Of a stretch of 26,674 nucleotides of DNA, positions 1-10,058 are shown piece by piece. The DNA comes from an uncultured virus (IMG/VR IMGVR_UViG_3300016464_000385) (taxonomy: Duplodnaviria > Heunggongvirae > Uroviricota > Caudoviricetes): the IMG/VR virus record IMGVR_UViG_3300016464_000385, one strand, 5' to 3'. The notes below the pieces were generated by a model, which did no database searches, was not told the origin of the DNA, and saw nothing but the letters and a program-made list of their open reading frames with translations. Made by a program: the position numbers and the translations under genes. Position 1 is the first letter of the stretch. Each line of letters starts with the position of its first letter.

Positions 1-807
1 GAAGAAGGCTCGTTTAATTTAAACGATGCACTTCAAACTGGATTGACCGGATCTATGTTAGGTTCTTTAGGGAAAGATATATCAGAAGGAATAGAAGGCT
101 TTTCGTCATTCAAAGAATTATATTCTGGAGATAGCAAAGAAAGCGAAAGGTTTAGAAAAGAAATCGCAAAAATTGTATCGTTGGATAAAGCAGAACCCCT
201 TATAGACAAAGGGAAAGAATTAATGGCTGCTGGAAAAACTAAACTTGCTGAACTATGGGAATCTTTATCTAATCAATACGAAATGTTTAAAAAGAATCCA
301 TCAGAATCAATAAAAAAATTAAAAGAAACTGCAAAAAATTTATTTGATAAAGGGGAAAAAGAAGCGGCTGAAATATATAATCAGTTTATACAGAAACTTG
401 AAGAATTTAAATCTTCAGGAACTGCGGAAAAAATAAAAGATAAAGCGGTAAATTTCATTACAGGAGATTCTTATAAAACTATTCAAGAAGCATTCGGTTC
501 TGTTGGAGGAGCGCTTTCTTCTATGATGGAAGGAACTGAGGATTTTACTAAAGCAGTTCAAGGAAATTTCCTTTCGCTTCCAATTTCTACATTACCAAAA
601 GGAGCCGAAAACGCTACAGGAAATGCTCCGATAATTAATATGATTGCTGGACAAACTCAAACAGCGCCTCAAACACCTGTAGTAGTCTCAGGGGGGGGAG
701 GAGGATCTTCATCAAATCCAGAATATGCTATTCGTAACGAAGATCCAGCTTTCTTAAAGATTTTATATGCTGACTATAATACTGGGGTTTCTTCTTTACT
801 TGGATAA
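1..807 (+). CDS. 3' part of a helical, probably virion structural protein (baseplate hub/tape-measure-like); runs off the left edge
   Basis: Frame 1 is open from base 1. Lys/Glu-rich helical region followed by a Gly/Ser/Pro tail. Converges on gp32 at a shared hairpin terminator. Confidence 0.4.
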   Translation, partial: EEGSFNLNDALQTGLTGSMLGSLGKDISEGIEGFSSFKELYSGDSKESERFRKEIAKIVSLDKAEPLIDKGKELMAAGKTKLAELWESLSNQYEMFKKNPSESIKKLKETAKNLFDKGEKEAAEIYNQFIQKLEEFKSSGTAEKIKDKAVNFITGDSYKTIQEAFGSVGGALSSMMEGTEDFTKAVQGNFLSLPISTLPKGAENATGNAPIINMIAGQTQTAPQTPVVVSGGGGGSSSNPEYAIRNEDPAFLKILYADYNTGVSSLLG

Positions 808-837
808 AATCGAGGGGGATTTATCCCCCTCGTATTA
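808..837. terminator. Hairpin terminator between convergent genes
   Basis: CGAGGGGGAT-TT-ATCCCCCTCG inverted repeat. Confidence 0.75.
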
Positions 838-841
838 GTTT

Positions 842-1735
842 TTATTCATCTTCTAGAAGTTTAGAAAAGTAATCCAAATCATCATCAGATTCATCCGAAT
901 TAAATACGGATTCTACTTCTCTTTCTTTATCTTCAATCCTTTGAGCCTTAACAGCTTCAAAAGTATTTGACCTAGAAACGGTTGGAGAAGTTACTCCAAG
1001 AACTCTATCTAGGCGAGTCTTCAACTCATCATAAGTCTTGAAATTTTTCTTATCAAGAATATCTTTCAAAGAATGTTCTTTTTTCCATATAGCTTCCATT
1101 TTATCGTCGTCATCAAACAAAGGACCGCTAGAATCAAATTCTGAAAGGTCATAATTTTGATATCCGTCTACCTTACGAATCTTTAGTTTGAAGTTTGCGC
1201 CGTTCCAAAAATCAAAAGGATCAATTGCAGTATCATCTTCGAACTGAGGATTCATTGCCTGAGTAATCTTTTCAAAGATCTTCTTCCCATAACGGAAAAG
1301 TTTAACTTGACCTTCGTTTTCTGGATTCTTAGGATCCTTAATGATATAGATATTAGAAACGTAATGTAAACGACGTTTTTGTTTACGAGCAATTTCTTTA
1401 TTAGCTTCAATACCAGTAGCCCAAAGTTCTGAGTTATACTCACCCAGAGGATCTTTTTCATTAATTGAAGTTAGAGACTTTTCGATATACCAACCACCTG
1501 GACCTTGGAACCCGTGATCATAATACTTAACCCAAGGAAGTCCATCACCTTCATCAACAGGAGGAGAAGGAAGAAATCGGATAACTGCATATCCGTTAGA
1601 AGATTTATCTAGTTCGCACTTCCAGTACTTATCGTCGTCCGAATTATAATTAGAAGAACTCATAGACTCAACTGCCTTAGACAGTTTCTCGAGACTGGAA
1701 CCAGAAGATCTTTTTAGATTAGAAAAACTTGACAT
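842..1735 (-). CDS. gp32: T4 gp32-like single-stranded DNA-binding protein
   Basis: GYAVIRFLP, HGFQGPGGWYIE, DPFDFWNGANFKLKIRKVDGYQNYD motifs and acidic C-terminal tail. Confidence 0.96.
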   Translation of the reverse strand: MSSFSNLKRSSGSSLEKLSKAVESMSSSNYNSDDDKYWKCELDKSSNGYAVIRFLPSPPVDEGDGLPWVKYYDHGFQGPGGWYIEKSLTSINEKDPLGEYNSELWATGIEANKEIARKQKRRLHYVSNIYIIKDPKNPENEGQVKLFRYGKKIFEKITQAMNPQFEDDTAIDPFDFWNGANFKLKIRKVDGYQNYDLSEFDSSGPLFDDDDKMEAIWKKEHSLKDILDKKNFKTYDELKTRLDRVLGVTSPTVSRSNTFEAVKAQRIEDKEREVESVFNSDESDDDLDYFSKLLEDE

Positions 1736-1802
1736 ATATATTTACCTCGTATAACAGTGTATAACAACTTAAAACAACTTATCCAAAAACGCATAATATA
1801 TT

Positions 1803-2390
1803 TTATTTAGCGTACTTTTTAATTTCCATCTTAAGAATTTCTTTCATTTTAGTTTGATCAAATTTCACGAAAGGAAAATATTTGATACATTTCAAACGAA
1901 AGTCTTTCCAAATAAGATCGTCCTTGATCTTATTATCCCACACACCAAAGAATTGTAATATAGAATTTAAAATAAGTAAAGTCTCTATCTTAATTTTGTT
2001 TTGTAGGGTTTTCTTCATCAGAAGAGGGAAATCTTTATCTACAACGAAAAGTTTATTAAAATCATCAGATTCATCAAATAGATATATTATATCGGTTTTG
2101 AATGAATAGGTTAATGACTCTTTTCTTTTAACGTAAGATAGATAAATCTCTCCGCAATCTTCTGATAACAAATCATTGATCCATGTCTTGGGGTTTTCTA
2201 GAAAATTAGAAACATAAAAATCTTCTAAATTATCCCCATACTTTTTATCCAATTTTTCGAATATATAAAATTGATGTTCAGGTATATATCTAGATTTTAT
2301 TTTACCTGAATATTTAAAATAATTATATGATTCGGAATTAAAATGTAATTTTAAACTATTGTATAATCTATATGAATCGTATACTGACAT
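1803..2390 (-). CDS. gp59: T4 gp59-like helicase loader
   Basis: YNSLKLHF...YNYFKYSGK N-terminus, IETLLILN motif, and gp33-gp59-gp32 synteny. Confidence 0.9.
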   Translation of the reverse strand: MSVYDSYRLYNSLKLHFNSESYNYFKYSGKIKSRYIPEHQFYIFEKLDKKYGDNLEDFYVSNFLENPKTWINDLLSEDCGEIYLSYVKRKESLTYSFKTDIIYLFDESDDFNKLFVVDKDFPLLMKKTLQNKIKIETLLILNSILQFFGVWDNKIKDDLIWKDFRLKCIKYFPFVKFDQTKMKEILKMEIKKYAK

Positions 2391-2393
2391 ATA

Positions 2394-2618
2394 TTAAATT
2401 GGCAATACAGGAATTCTTTCTATCATATTTGAAGACATAGCTTCTTCTGAAATTTTAGATCGAACATATGGAGTTATTAACTTAGCAGCAACCTCAACCT
2501 CCAACCCTACAGTTTCGCAATATTCTGTGATTGCATCAATATAACCAATTTTATCAGATTCGACCAATTCTATAATAATTTTTGAGAATTTTTCAATTTC
2601 CTCTAGCTTCGGGTTCAT
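2394..2618 (-). CDS. gp33: T4 gp33-like late-promoter transcription coactivator
   Basis: YIDAITEYCE...EVEVAAKLI...KISEEA pattern and synteny. Confidence 0.88.
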   Translation of the reverse strand: MNPKLEEIEKFSKIIIELVESDKIGYIDAITEYCETVGLEVEVAAKLITPYVRSKISEEAMSSNMIERIPVLPI

Positions 2619-2674
2619 AACATTTCCATTTAATATTTCAATAAAACTTATTATATACTACATTGATAGAAAAG

Positions 2675-3013
2675 TCAACGTATTATTTCTATAGAAACTC
2701 TAGCTGTGCCTCCCATAGAAATTTGTTTTTTAGCAGCATTAGAAAGATCTATAATCCTTCCTCTCCTAAACGGACCTCTATCATTTATTAATACAATTAC
2801 GGATTTATTATTACTTAAATTTGTAACTCTTACTTTAGTTCCTAGTCTAATTGACTTATGCGCTGCAGTAAAAGCGTGCATATTATATAATTGACCAGAA
2901 GCTGTTCGTTTACCGTGAAAACCAGGCCCATACCAAGAAGCAGTACCAGATTGAACAGCCAGTGAAATATTACTCCATGCTAACACGGTTAAAAATAATA
3001 TGGATTTCATCAT
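2675..3013 (-). CDS. rlpA: RlpA-like DPBB lytic transglycosylase with signal peptide
   Basis: GTASWYGPGFHGKRTASG, TAAHK, INDRGPF, RIIDLS motifs. Confidence 0.92.
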   Translation of the reverse strand: MMKSILFLTVLAWSNISLAVQSGTASWYGPGFHGKRTASGQLYNMHAFTAAHKSIRLGTKVRVTNLSNNKSVIVLINDRGPFRRGRIIDLSNAAKKQISMGGTARVSIEIIR

Positions 3014-3148
3014 ATCTTTTCTCCTCTACGAGCAAAATGCTCTTGAATTTGATGATTTTTTGATTACTTTCTTATTGAAAATAGTCTATTACCTTCTAAT
3101 TTTTTAGTCGGTAATTTATTTATAACGGATTATTTTACTATAAAAATA

Positions 3149-3814
3149 TCAAGAAGTAAAGTGATAGTTGTTATAGTAATATTTGATTTTTGATATTAAT
3201 GGTTTGATATAATTTTTTATGGGTTTGATGAACTCTTGAGGTTGTCCATCATCGACTGATATTAGGATTACTATTTCTTTTATAGGTATTCCTGTCAATT
3301 CCAAATAACATAATCCATAAAAAGTTGCTTGTAAAAAATAATCAGTAATCCACTCTTCGTTCTTTTCTTTTGATGAAGTCTTAAAATCTATTATAGAGAG
3401 ATTACCTTTATATTCGGCTACACCATCACACCTTCCAGCAACTTTTAATCTACTTGAATATAAAGGGACTTCCAATTTATGAATATTGTTAATATTATTT
3501 AATAACGGTTTCATAGAATAAAAAGATTGTAAAGCATCAGGCATGAAACTTTTTTTATCTATTTCCTCGTTGTTTAAATAATTCTCGCACAATAAATGTG
3601 TTTTAGTTCCTCTCGAGGCGGCTACTCGGCAAACTCTATTAGCTTCTTCAGCGCCAACTCTTTTTTTCCATTCCATTAATTCTGGTTTAGGAAAAGACCC
3701 CAAAACGGAAGTTATCGAGGGATATTTTCCGTCTGGGGTGACATAATGTCTTTTACCATTAATGGTTTCAGTATGCAATTCAATCAAATTTTTTGGAGGG
3801 CAATGTATAAACAT
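3149..3814 (-). CDS. PD-(D/E)XK (Cas4-like) exonuclease of T4-like phages
   Basis: YPSITSVL, RGTKTH, AGRCD, IIDFKTS, YFLQATFY motifs. Confidence 0.85.
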   Translation of the reverse strand: MFIHCPPKNLIELHTETINGKRHYVTPDGKYPSITSVLGSFPKPELMEWKKRVGAEEANRVCRVAASRGTKTHLLCENYLNNEEIDKKSFMPDALQSFYSMKPLLNNINNIHKLEVPLYSSRLKVAGRCDGVAEYKGNLSIIDFKTSSKEKNEEWITDYFLQATFYGLCYLELTGIPIKEIVILISVDDGQPQEFIKPIKNYIKPLISKIKYYYNNYHFTS

Positions 3815-3830
3815 AATATATTTGTTTTAA

Positions 3831-4613
3831 TTAACTGTATCCTTGTTCTACTCTATTTTTAGCTATTATGTAGTCGTAGACGAATCCGCTTCTCACGATA
3901 TCTTCTACACCAAAATCAACAATTTCAAAATTATCCATAATAGATGCGATTTTAACGAACTTCTTGAATCCGCTTTCATCTCTATTACTACTTAGTAAGT
4001 CTGTTTGATTTACATCTCCACAAAGAACTAATTTAGAATTTTTACCAATTCTTCCCGCGATAGTATCTAATTCATGAAAATTACAATTCTCGAATTCGTC
4101 AACTATAATTATGGTATTATTAAAAGTAATACCTCTTAAAAAAGAAGTATTTTCAAATTCTATGATTTCTTTCTTCTTTAAGATGGAATAAGCATCTCCT
4201 CTATGGAATAGTTCATTACAAATAGCTGAATACGGAGCCTCGAAAGGAGCAGATTTTTCTTCCACGCTTCCAGGCAAATGTCCAATTTCTCTAGTTTTAA
4301 CTAAACTTCTTATAACAACAATTCTTTCATAATCAGTATCTGCATATAATACATCATACAAAGCCAAATATAAGGCCAGGAATGTTTTACCGCAGCCAGG
4401 AAATCCAGAACAAATAACGTTTTTACCTTCTTTGTATGCAGAAAATACTTTTCCTTGATTTTCTGTTAAAGGGTGAATGTCTTTAAGTTCAAATTGCCCG
4501 AAACTATTTTGCGGTTTCTTTTTCGCTTTTTTAATAAAAGAAACATTATCCATATTGTCGATTTCAGAGCCTCTTAAGAATTTTGTATTTACTTTTTTAC
4601 TAGGTCTTGACAT
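3831..4613 (-). CDS. phoH: PhoH-family ATPase
   Basis: Walker A GFPGCGKT, IGHLPGS, FLRGITF, IIVDEFEN, GDVNQTD, DIVRSG. Confidence 0.95.
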   Translation of the reverse strand: MSRPSKKVNTKFLRGSEIDNMDNVSFIKKAKKKPQNSFGQFELKDIHPLTENQGKVFSAYKEGKNVICSGFPGCGKTFLALYLALYDVLYADTDYERIVVIRSLVKTREIGHLPGSVEEKSAPFEAPYSAICNELFHRGDAYSILKKKEIIEFENTSFLRGITFNNTIIIVDEFENCNFHELDTIAGRIGKNSKLVLCGDVNQTDLLSSNRDESGFKKFVKIASIMDNFEIVDFGVEDIVRSGFVYDYIIAKNRVEQGYS

Positions 4614-4631
4614 TTAAATATCCTTTTAAAT

Positions 4632-4664
4632 AAAAAAAGGGAAACGCTGTAAACATTTCCCTTT
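4632..4664 (-). terminator. Probable intrinsic terminator upstream of phoH
   Basis: AAAGGGAAA...TTTCCCTTT stem with a U-tract on the minus strand. Confidence 0.55.
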
Positions 4665-4709
4665 ATGTTGAAGTTTAATAATCTTCAAAAATATTCATAA
4701 TATTTCGCA

Positions 4710-4967
4710 TTACCATTCTCTAGGAGTATCCCAGCGACTTTCTATACAGTGACCAGGATTATTCTTTTTTATCCTATCAATAACGCCTTTCTGGAAATCA
4801 GAAGGGGGTTTGGTTATTCCCAAAGAGATAGAATCTTGAAAATGCATTGTACTAAAATGTCTTTGGATATGAGGATTTTCTAATAAATATTTTTCATAAT
4901 CCGCAATAGACATCATCTTTTCGAACACTTCATTCGTTTCATTATTTTTCAATTCGTATATTGGCAC
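4710..4967 (-). CDS. Small FmdB-like conserved T4-like phage protein
   Basis: MPIYE...NETNEVFEK...YLLENP pattern; usual position next to phoH. Confidence 0.6.
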   Translation of the reverse strand: MPIYELKNNETNEVFEKMMSIADYEKYLLENPHIQRHFSTMHFQDSISLGITKPPSDFQKGVIDRIKKNNPGHCIESRWDTPREW

Positions 4968-5038
4968 GTATTATATCCTCCAAAAAACATTAATTATAAA
5001 TTTATTTATAAATATATAAAACCTTACAGGAGATTTTT

Positions 5039-5656
5039 ATGTCACCAAAATTCAATAACAAAGAAGAAATATTCGTAGAGTTTTTAGAAAATGTATCCGA
5101 ATATTACGATAAACCATCAAGAGAATTATCACAAGAAGATATTGAAATTGTTTCTGCTATGATGGAATATTTTGATGAAAATTATAAAATACAATCATTA
5201 AACGAAAATGCAAAAAACGTTTTAATTGGTTACGATCCAAATCAAGAACTATATGAAGAAATAGTTTCTATCATGATGGACGAAACTTTAGGTTCTGCTA
5301 TAGCTAATGTTGCTTACGGGTTAAAAACTAGAAAAGCTAATAAATTATTAGATAAAGGTATTAAATCATACAGAAAAGGATTAAAATCTGGCCCTCTGAT
5401 GAGGGCGTTTAGATATGCTAAAGCAGGAAAATTAGTACAAAAATCAGACGCTATAATGTCTAAAGTAAATCCTAAAAAAGCAAATTTAGCATCCAAAATA
5501 GATAATTCTATCGTCGGTAAAGTCGCTAATAAAGTCGGTTCTGGCGTTAGCGCTGTAGTAAATGCTCCAAAAAATATAACAAAAGCGGTAAAAAATACTG
5601 CAAAGGGAGCGGCTATGGGAGCAGCCGCTAAATTAGGTAGAGCGTTAGCTTTCTAG
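5039..5656 (+). CDS. Hypothetical late protein (acidic N-half, basic C-half), possibly virion-internal
   Basis: TATAAATA and GGAG RBS upstream. Confidence 0.55.
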   Translation: MSPKFNNKEEIFVEFLENVSEYYDKPSRELSQEDIEIVSAMMEYFDENYKIQSLNENAKNVLIGYDPNQELYEEIVSIMMDETLGSAIANVAYGLKTRKANKLLDKGIKSYRKGLKSGPLMRAFRYAKAGKLVQKSDAIMSKVNPKKANLASKIDNSIVGKVANKVGSGVSAVVNAPKNITKAVKNTAKGAAMGAAAKLGRALAF

Positions 5657-6264
5657 TACAGATTTAATTTTTGACTTTCTTCCGTCAATAAATCCAAAAT
5701 CCCCAAAGAATACCACTTTGGGGTTTCTCTATTTTTCCAGTTTGCCAGATGTTGTTTACTTCTAATGTAATAGTTTCTATATGATTCCAGAGAGCTATTT
5801 TTGATTTTAATTTCATCAGGCATTGCTGGAGTTGGATGAGTGAATAGTTTTACTTTAAGGTTTTTTGGGTGCATAGCCAATACTTTCATTAATCCATCGC
5901 GTTCACATTTGTGAACTTTGCCGTAACGATAAGTATATTCCTTACACAGTTGTACAAATAGTTCATAAAGCCAATCATAATTAGCAACAGATTGCCTTAC
6001 CCAAATAGCAGAGGGATGGTTTATATGAGTTGCTGCATATAAGATTCCATCTCTTTCGTCCGGAAGTTTCCATTTTTTTACATTTCTCCAGCGAACCGGA
6101 AATGATCCTTGGACTGCACGTTTTTCCAAAACTTCCGTTCCATCAAGAAAACGGTGAGCTGTGGACATTAATTGAGCATATTCCAAAATCATCTTAACGC
6201 AATGTTTATCGTTATGCATTTGAGCGCAAATTTTAGGGTCAGAATCTAAGTAAAAGATGTTCAT
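5653..6264 (-). CDS. Pyrimidine-dimer glycosylase (DenV-related) family protein
   Basis: MNIFYLD, DKHCVKMILEYAQLMSTAH, THINHPSAIW, EYTYRYGKVH, PTPAMPD motifs. Confidence 0.8.
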   Translation of the reverse strand: MNIFYLDSDPKICAQMHNDKHCVKMILEYAQLMSTAHRFLDGTEVLEKRAVQGSFPVRWRNVKKWKLPDERDGILYAATHINHPSAIWVRQSVANYDWLYELFVQLCKEYTYRYGKVHKCERDGLMKVLAMHPKNLKVKLFTHPTPAMPDEIKIKNSSLESYRNYYIRSKQHLANWKNRETPKWYSLGILDLLTEESQKLNLY

Positions 6265-6404
6265 TGGTAAAAAATATTCCTAAAAATTGTTAACATTAAA
6301 ATTCTGTAGCGAGGGTTATATATTACCTTACAAATCCTGTTAAGTAAATCTATTTTAGTTAAAGTAAAATAAATCGTATGCTTTAAGATTTTTATCCTCC
6401 TATT

Positions 6405-7406
6405 TTATTTCCCAACTAAACTAACATAAAAAATAGCAGTACACTTTTTCCAGGTCCAGTTATATGACTCATCCTCTACATATTTTCTAGATAATGTTAG
6501 ACAAGCATCTACCTCACCTATACCAAATTCTTCTACCAAAAACCCGCTTCTACCTTCTCTGACAATTTCTTCAGAAACAGTACCTCTATATGCTAATACA
6601 GGAGTACCTGAAGCAATCGCTTCTAGTTGAGTTAATCCAAACGTATCATTTCTTGATGGAAAAACAAAAACGTCTGCATTAGCATAAACGGCAGAAAGTT
6701 TCTTTCCTGTTAATTTTCCATGAAATAAAACGTCAGGATATTTTGATTGAAGTTCTTTCAAGTATGGTCCATCACCAACCACCGTTTTCAAATAATCGCC
6801 CAATTCCATTTTACAAAAATCATCTAATCCTTTTTCTTTAGAAACTCTACTAACGCATAATACAATTTTCATATTAGATTCTTCACATCTAGTTCTATGA
6901 GAAGAATTAAATATCTTTCTATCAACTCCGCGTTTCCAAACAACAAGGTTATTAAATCCTTTAGTTTCTAATAATTTTTTTACTAAATTAGTAGGAACTA
7001 ATATATTTTTTGATTTTGAATGAAACCATTTAAAATATGGATATGTTAAATTTTCCGAAACTCCAAATATATTCTTTATAAATTCAGGGAACATAGAATG
7101 ATAAGAAGTGGTATAGTTATATTTTTTCTTATCACAATATAATTTACCAGCTAAACCTACTGGTCCTTCCGTAGCAATATGAATAAAGTCCGGATTAATA
7201 TCCTCTATCATCTTACCAATTTTCCAGACATTTAATGAAATATCAATTTCTTTATAGAATGGCAGAGAAATAGTTACAAATCTTTCCGGATTGATGAAAG
7301 ATATTTCATTTTTTTCAGAAAGAATTTCCATCGTTTTATTAAGGGTTCTTACAACGCCATTAGTTTGTTTAAGGGTTGTATCAGTTATTATTAATATCTT
7401 CTTCAT
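6405..7406 (-). CDS. GT4 glycosyltransferase, Agt-like
   Basis: QTNGVVRTL, IHIATEGPVG, TSYHSMFPE, DVFVFPSRNDTFGLTQLEAIASGTPV; overlaps the upstream phosphoesterase gene. Confidence 0.88.
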   Translation of the reverse strand: MKKILIITDTTLKQTNGVVRTLNKTMEILSEKNEISFINPERFVTISLPFYKEIDISLNVWKIGKMIEDINPDFIHIATEGPVGLAGKLYCDKKKYNYTTSYHSMFPEFIKNIFGVSENLTYPYFKWFHSKSKNILVPTNLVKKLLETKGFNNLVVWKRGVDRKIFNSSHRTRCEESNMKIVLCVSRVSKEKGLDDFCKMELGDYLKTVVGDGPYLKELQSKYPDVLFHGKLTGKKLSAVYANADVFVFPSRNDTFGLTQLEAIASGTPVLAYRGTVSEEIVREGRSGFLVEEFGIGEVDACLTLSRKYVEDESYNWTWKKCTAIFYVSLVGK

Positions 7407-8151
7407 GCTGTTTTTCCCAAACTATTATTTCAAAAGTGCCATCAAAATGTTCTACTAGAGCAGTACAACTTTCTACCCAATCTCCATCATTCATATAAAG
7501 TATTCCTTCGATTTCTTTTATTTCAGCATGATGTATGTGTCCGCATATAACGCCATCATAGAATTTTCTTCTACAATAATCAATTAAATTTTTTTCATAA
7601 TCAAAAATAAAATCTACAGCCCCTTTTACTTTATGTTTAAGATATTTACTAAATGACCAATATCCAAATCCAAATTTATGTCTAATCCAATTATATTTAG
7701 AATTTATAGATAATAATAAATCATAAGCTTTATCTCCAAGAAAACCTAGCCATGGAGCAATTTTAGATATTCCATCAAATATATCTCCATGTATAACTAG
7801 GTATCTCTTGCCGTTTACTCCTATATGATCAATTCTATTGACTATCTGTATTTTACCAAGAGAAAAATCATAAGATATTAATGGACGCAAAAATTCATCG
7901 TGATTACCCGTTATATATATTATTTTAGAACCTTTTTTTGATTTATTTAATATATGACGAATAACATTAGTATGAGATTTTTTCCATTTCCATTTGTTTT
8001 GTTGTATCTTCCAACCATCAATAATATCACCAATGAGGTAAATAGTATTCGCGGAATTATGTTTTAAAAAATCACACAATAATTCTGCTTTACAATCTCT
8101 AGTACCCAAGTGAATATCAGAGATAAATATAGAACGATATTTATTTTTCAT
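7381..8151 (-). CDS. plcP: LpxH-family metallophosphoesterase, PlcP-type phospholipase C
   Basis: YRSIFISDIHLG, GDIIDGW, GNHDEFLR, HGDIFD, CGHIHHAE, NDGDWVESCTALVE motifs. Confidence 0.8.
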   Translation of the reverse strand: MKNKYRSIFISDIHLGTRDCKAELLCDFLKHNSANTIYLIGDIIDGWKIQQNKWKWKKSHTNVIRHILNKSKKGSKIIYITGNHDEFLRPLISYDFSLGKIQIVNRIDHIGVNGKRYLVIHGDIFDGISKIAPWLGFLGDKAYDLLLSINSKYNWIRHKFGFGYWSFSKYLKHKVKGAVDFIFDYEKNLIDYCRRKFYDGVICGHIHHAEIKEIEGILYMNDGDWVESCTALVEHFDGTFEIIVWEKQHEEDINNN

Positions 8152-8164
8152 ACTAGAATTAAAT

Positions 8165-8602
8165 TTATTTCTCTATAACGTTAAAAGTATAATCAGAACC
8201 TTTAGAAGAAAAATTCAGCATGTCGTAAGGAACGAACGAAATAATTGCCTTTTTATCGAAATCATTATGATAACAAGATCTATAATTATTTTTCGTATAT
8301 ATTTTTATTAAAACGTATACATAATCATATAAGTAAGTCTCGCGTTCGTCCAATTCAAAAAAATCTTCTTCTGGTAGATATTTCCCTGTTTCTGAATGAT
8401 GCCATTGACCTATAGTCAGAGAAATATATCTACCTAAATTATCGTAACCAATATCATCAGATATATTATTAAACAAAAAAGAACCTGAAATAGAAACATT
8501 TATTATTCCATTTTTAGAATAAACTTCACATTTTTTTATTACAGGAAATTTATTATGTAATTTTGGATTATAATTAAAATATTCTATATTAACATTATTC
8601 AT
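8165..8602 (-). CDS. Hypothetical protein
   Basis: 145-aa ORF coupled to the upstream ORF. Confidence 0.55.
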   Translation of the reverse strand: MNNVNIEYFNYNPKLHNKFPVIKKCEVYSKNGIINVSISGSFLFNNISDDIGYDNLGRYISLTIGQWHHSETGKYLPEEDFFELDERETYLYDYVYVLIKIYTKNNYRSCYHNDFDKKAIISFVPYDMLNFSSKGSDYTFNVIEK

Positions 8603-8792
8603 CGGAAGAATTGTCTCTATTCGTTTTTCGAAGGTTTTCGTTTTTACGTTTTTCGTATGTGTGGACAGCTTCGCACATCAATTTGATATAAGTTCTATTA
8701 ACTTTGCCGCCATTTGATATTCCGGAAAGCATTGCAATATCTTTATATATTCCAGGAAGTTTTACTTTAGGTCTACGGATTTTTTGGTTCAT
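8595..8792 (-). CDS. Small basic hypothetical protein
   Basis: GAGG RBS and a sigma70-like promoter upstream. Confidence 0.65.
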   Translation of the reverse strand: MNQKIRRPKVKLPGIYKDIAMLSGISNGGKVNRTYIKLMCEAVHTYEKRKNENLRKTNRDNSSDE

Positions 8793-8823
8793 GATTTACC
8801 TCATTAAAAATAGAATCCAAATT

Positions 8824-8852
8824 ATTGTAATATATATTTCGCAAAAAGTCAA
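8824..8852 (-). promoter_or_regulatory. Sigma70-like early promoter
   Basis: TTGACT-N17-TACAAT on the minus strand; the same TT(G/T)ACTTT motif recurs across the window. Confidence 0.6.
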
Positions 8853-8958
8853 ATAAAAAGGAAGGGGCTTTACTTTTTTTGAAAAAAGGTCATAATAACT
8901 ATGTCCCCCGTTGATGTTTGATTTATTATAAATACGTTTATTTATACGGAATAAACTT

Positions 8959-9861
8959 ATGTCAACTTTAACTAAAATAAAAAGCGTATTAGCAGAAAAT
9001 TCTAAATTGAAAGAAGATAATCTTCAAGAATTTGGTGATACTCCAAGACCGATGACTACTAATACTAGACAATACGATCCAAAAAGTTCTAGAATTGCAG
9101 GAATTCCTTTTAGCTTAACTGGGGAAAGATTGGCAAGAGAAAAAGGTAAAGAATATCAATCAGTTTTAAAACCACCAGCTAATCCTATGAAGATGAATGA
9201 GCCTGGTTCCACGTATTCTAAAACTTCAGGAGGAATTTCAAAATTCCCTACCCCTCCAAATCAACCAACCATAAGTCCTGGAAAAGTTGTCCAGACTCCT
9301 AAACCAGCTTCTGCTCCAAGTTCGCCTGTAACAGCTTCTTTAAAAGGGGGTCCAAATAATCCTCCTCCAGTTTCTGCTGCTAAACCTTCTATTGCACCAA
9401 AACCAACTATAGCTGCCCCCTCAAAACCAGCTAATGCCCCTGTTGTTAGAAAATCTGTTCCTACTCCAGATACATTAAAGCAACAAGTCGGAGTTACTGC
9501 TAGAGCATCTCAGAGTCCTTTAACTGGAAAAATGAATTATAGTAATGCTCCTAGAGGATCTTCTTTTTCTGCCCCTAATGTTGCAAAAGGAAGTACCTTA
9601 AGACAAGATATTGCTAAAGTTGCTGCATCTGAACCGACTATGGGAGCATCAAAATTCCCTGCTGGAGCAAAATTCCCTAATACATCTGCGTTTAATAAAG
9701 TTGCTGCGGCCGAACCTAAAGTTTCTAATATGGGATCTACTGGAACTAGTTCTGCTTTATCTGGTGCAGCTCAAAAAGCAACTTCTGCTACATCAAATTT
9801 AAATAAAGCAACCAGTACTTTTGGCGATATTTCGGCAAAATTAAGTAAGATGGGATATTAA
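8959..9861 (+). CDS. Pro/Ser/Ala/Lys-rich low-complexity late protein
   Basis: 300-aa ORF with TATAAATA upstream; N-terminal ...VLAE resembles a prohead-protease site. Confidence 0.6.
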   Translation: MSTLTKIKSVLAENSKLKEDNLQEFGDTPRPMTTNTRQYDPKSSRIAGIPFSLTGERLAREKGKEYQSVLKPPANPMKMNEPGSTYSKTSGGISKFPTPPNQPTISPGKVVQTPKPASAPSSPVTASLKGGPNNPPPVSAAKPSIAPKPTIAAPSKPANAPVVRKSVPTPDTLKQQVGVTARASQSPLTGKMNYSNAPRGSSFSAPNVAKGSTLRQDIAKVAASEPTMGASKFPAGAKFPNTSAFNKVAAAEPKVSNMGSTGTSSALSGAAQKATSATSNLNKATSTFGDISAKLSKMGY

Positions 9862-9904
9862 AAAAAATTTTACTTTTTTAATTTTTTATATATAATATGA
9901 GTAT

Positions 9905-9979
9905 TGGCGAGTAGCACAGCGGTAGTGCAAATGACTGTTAATCATTGGGTCGGGGGTTCGAATCCCTCCTTGCCAGCCA
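9905..9979 (+). tRNA. tRNA-Asn(GTT)
   Basis: Cloverleaf, loop CTGTTAA, encoded CCA. Confidence 0.95.
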
Positions 9980-10058
9980 ATTTTTCGTCGTGGTGTGTCG
10001 GCCTCCGATAAATTTTAAGTAGAGATCACGACGTTTTATTTTAATATGGAGATATATT

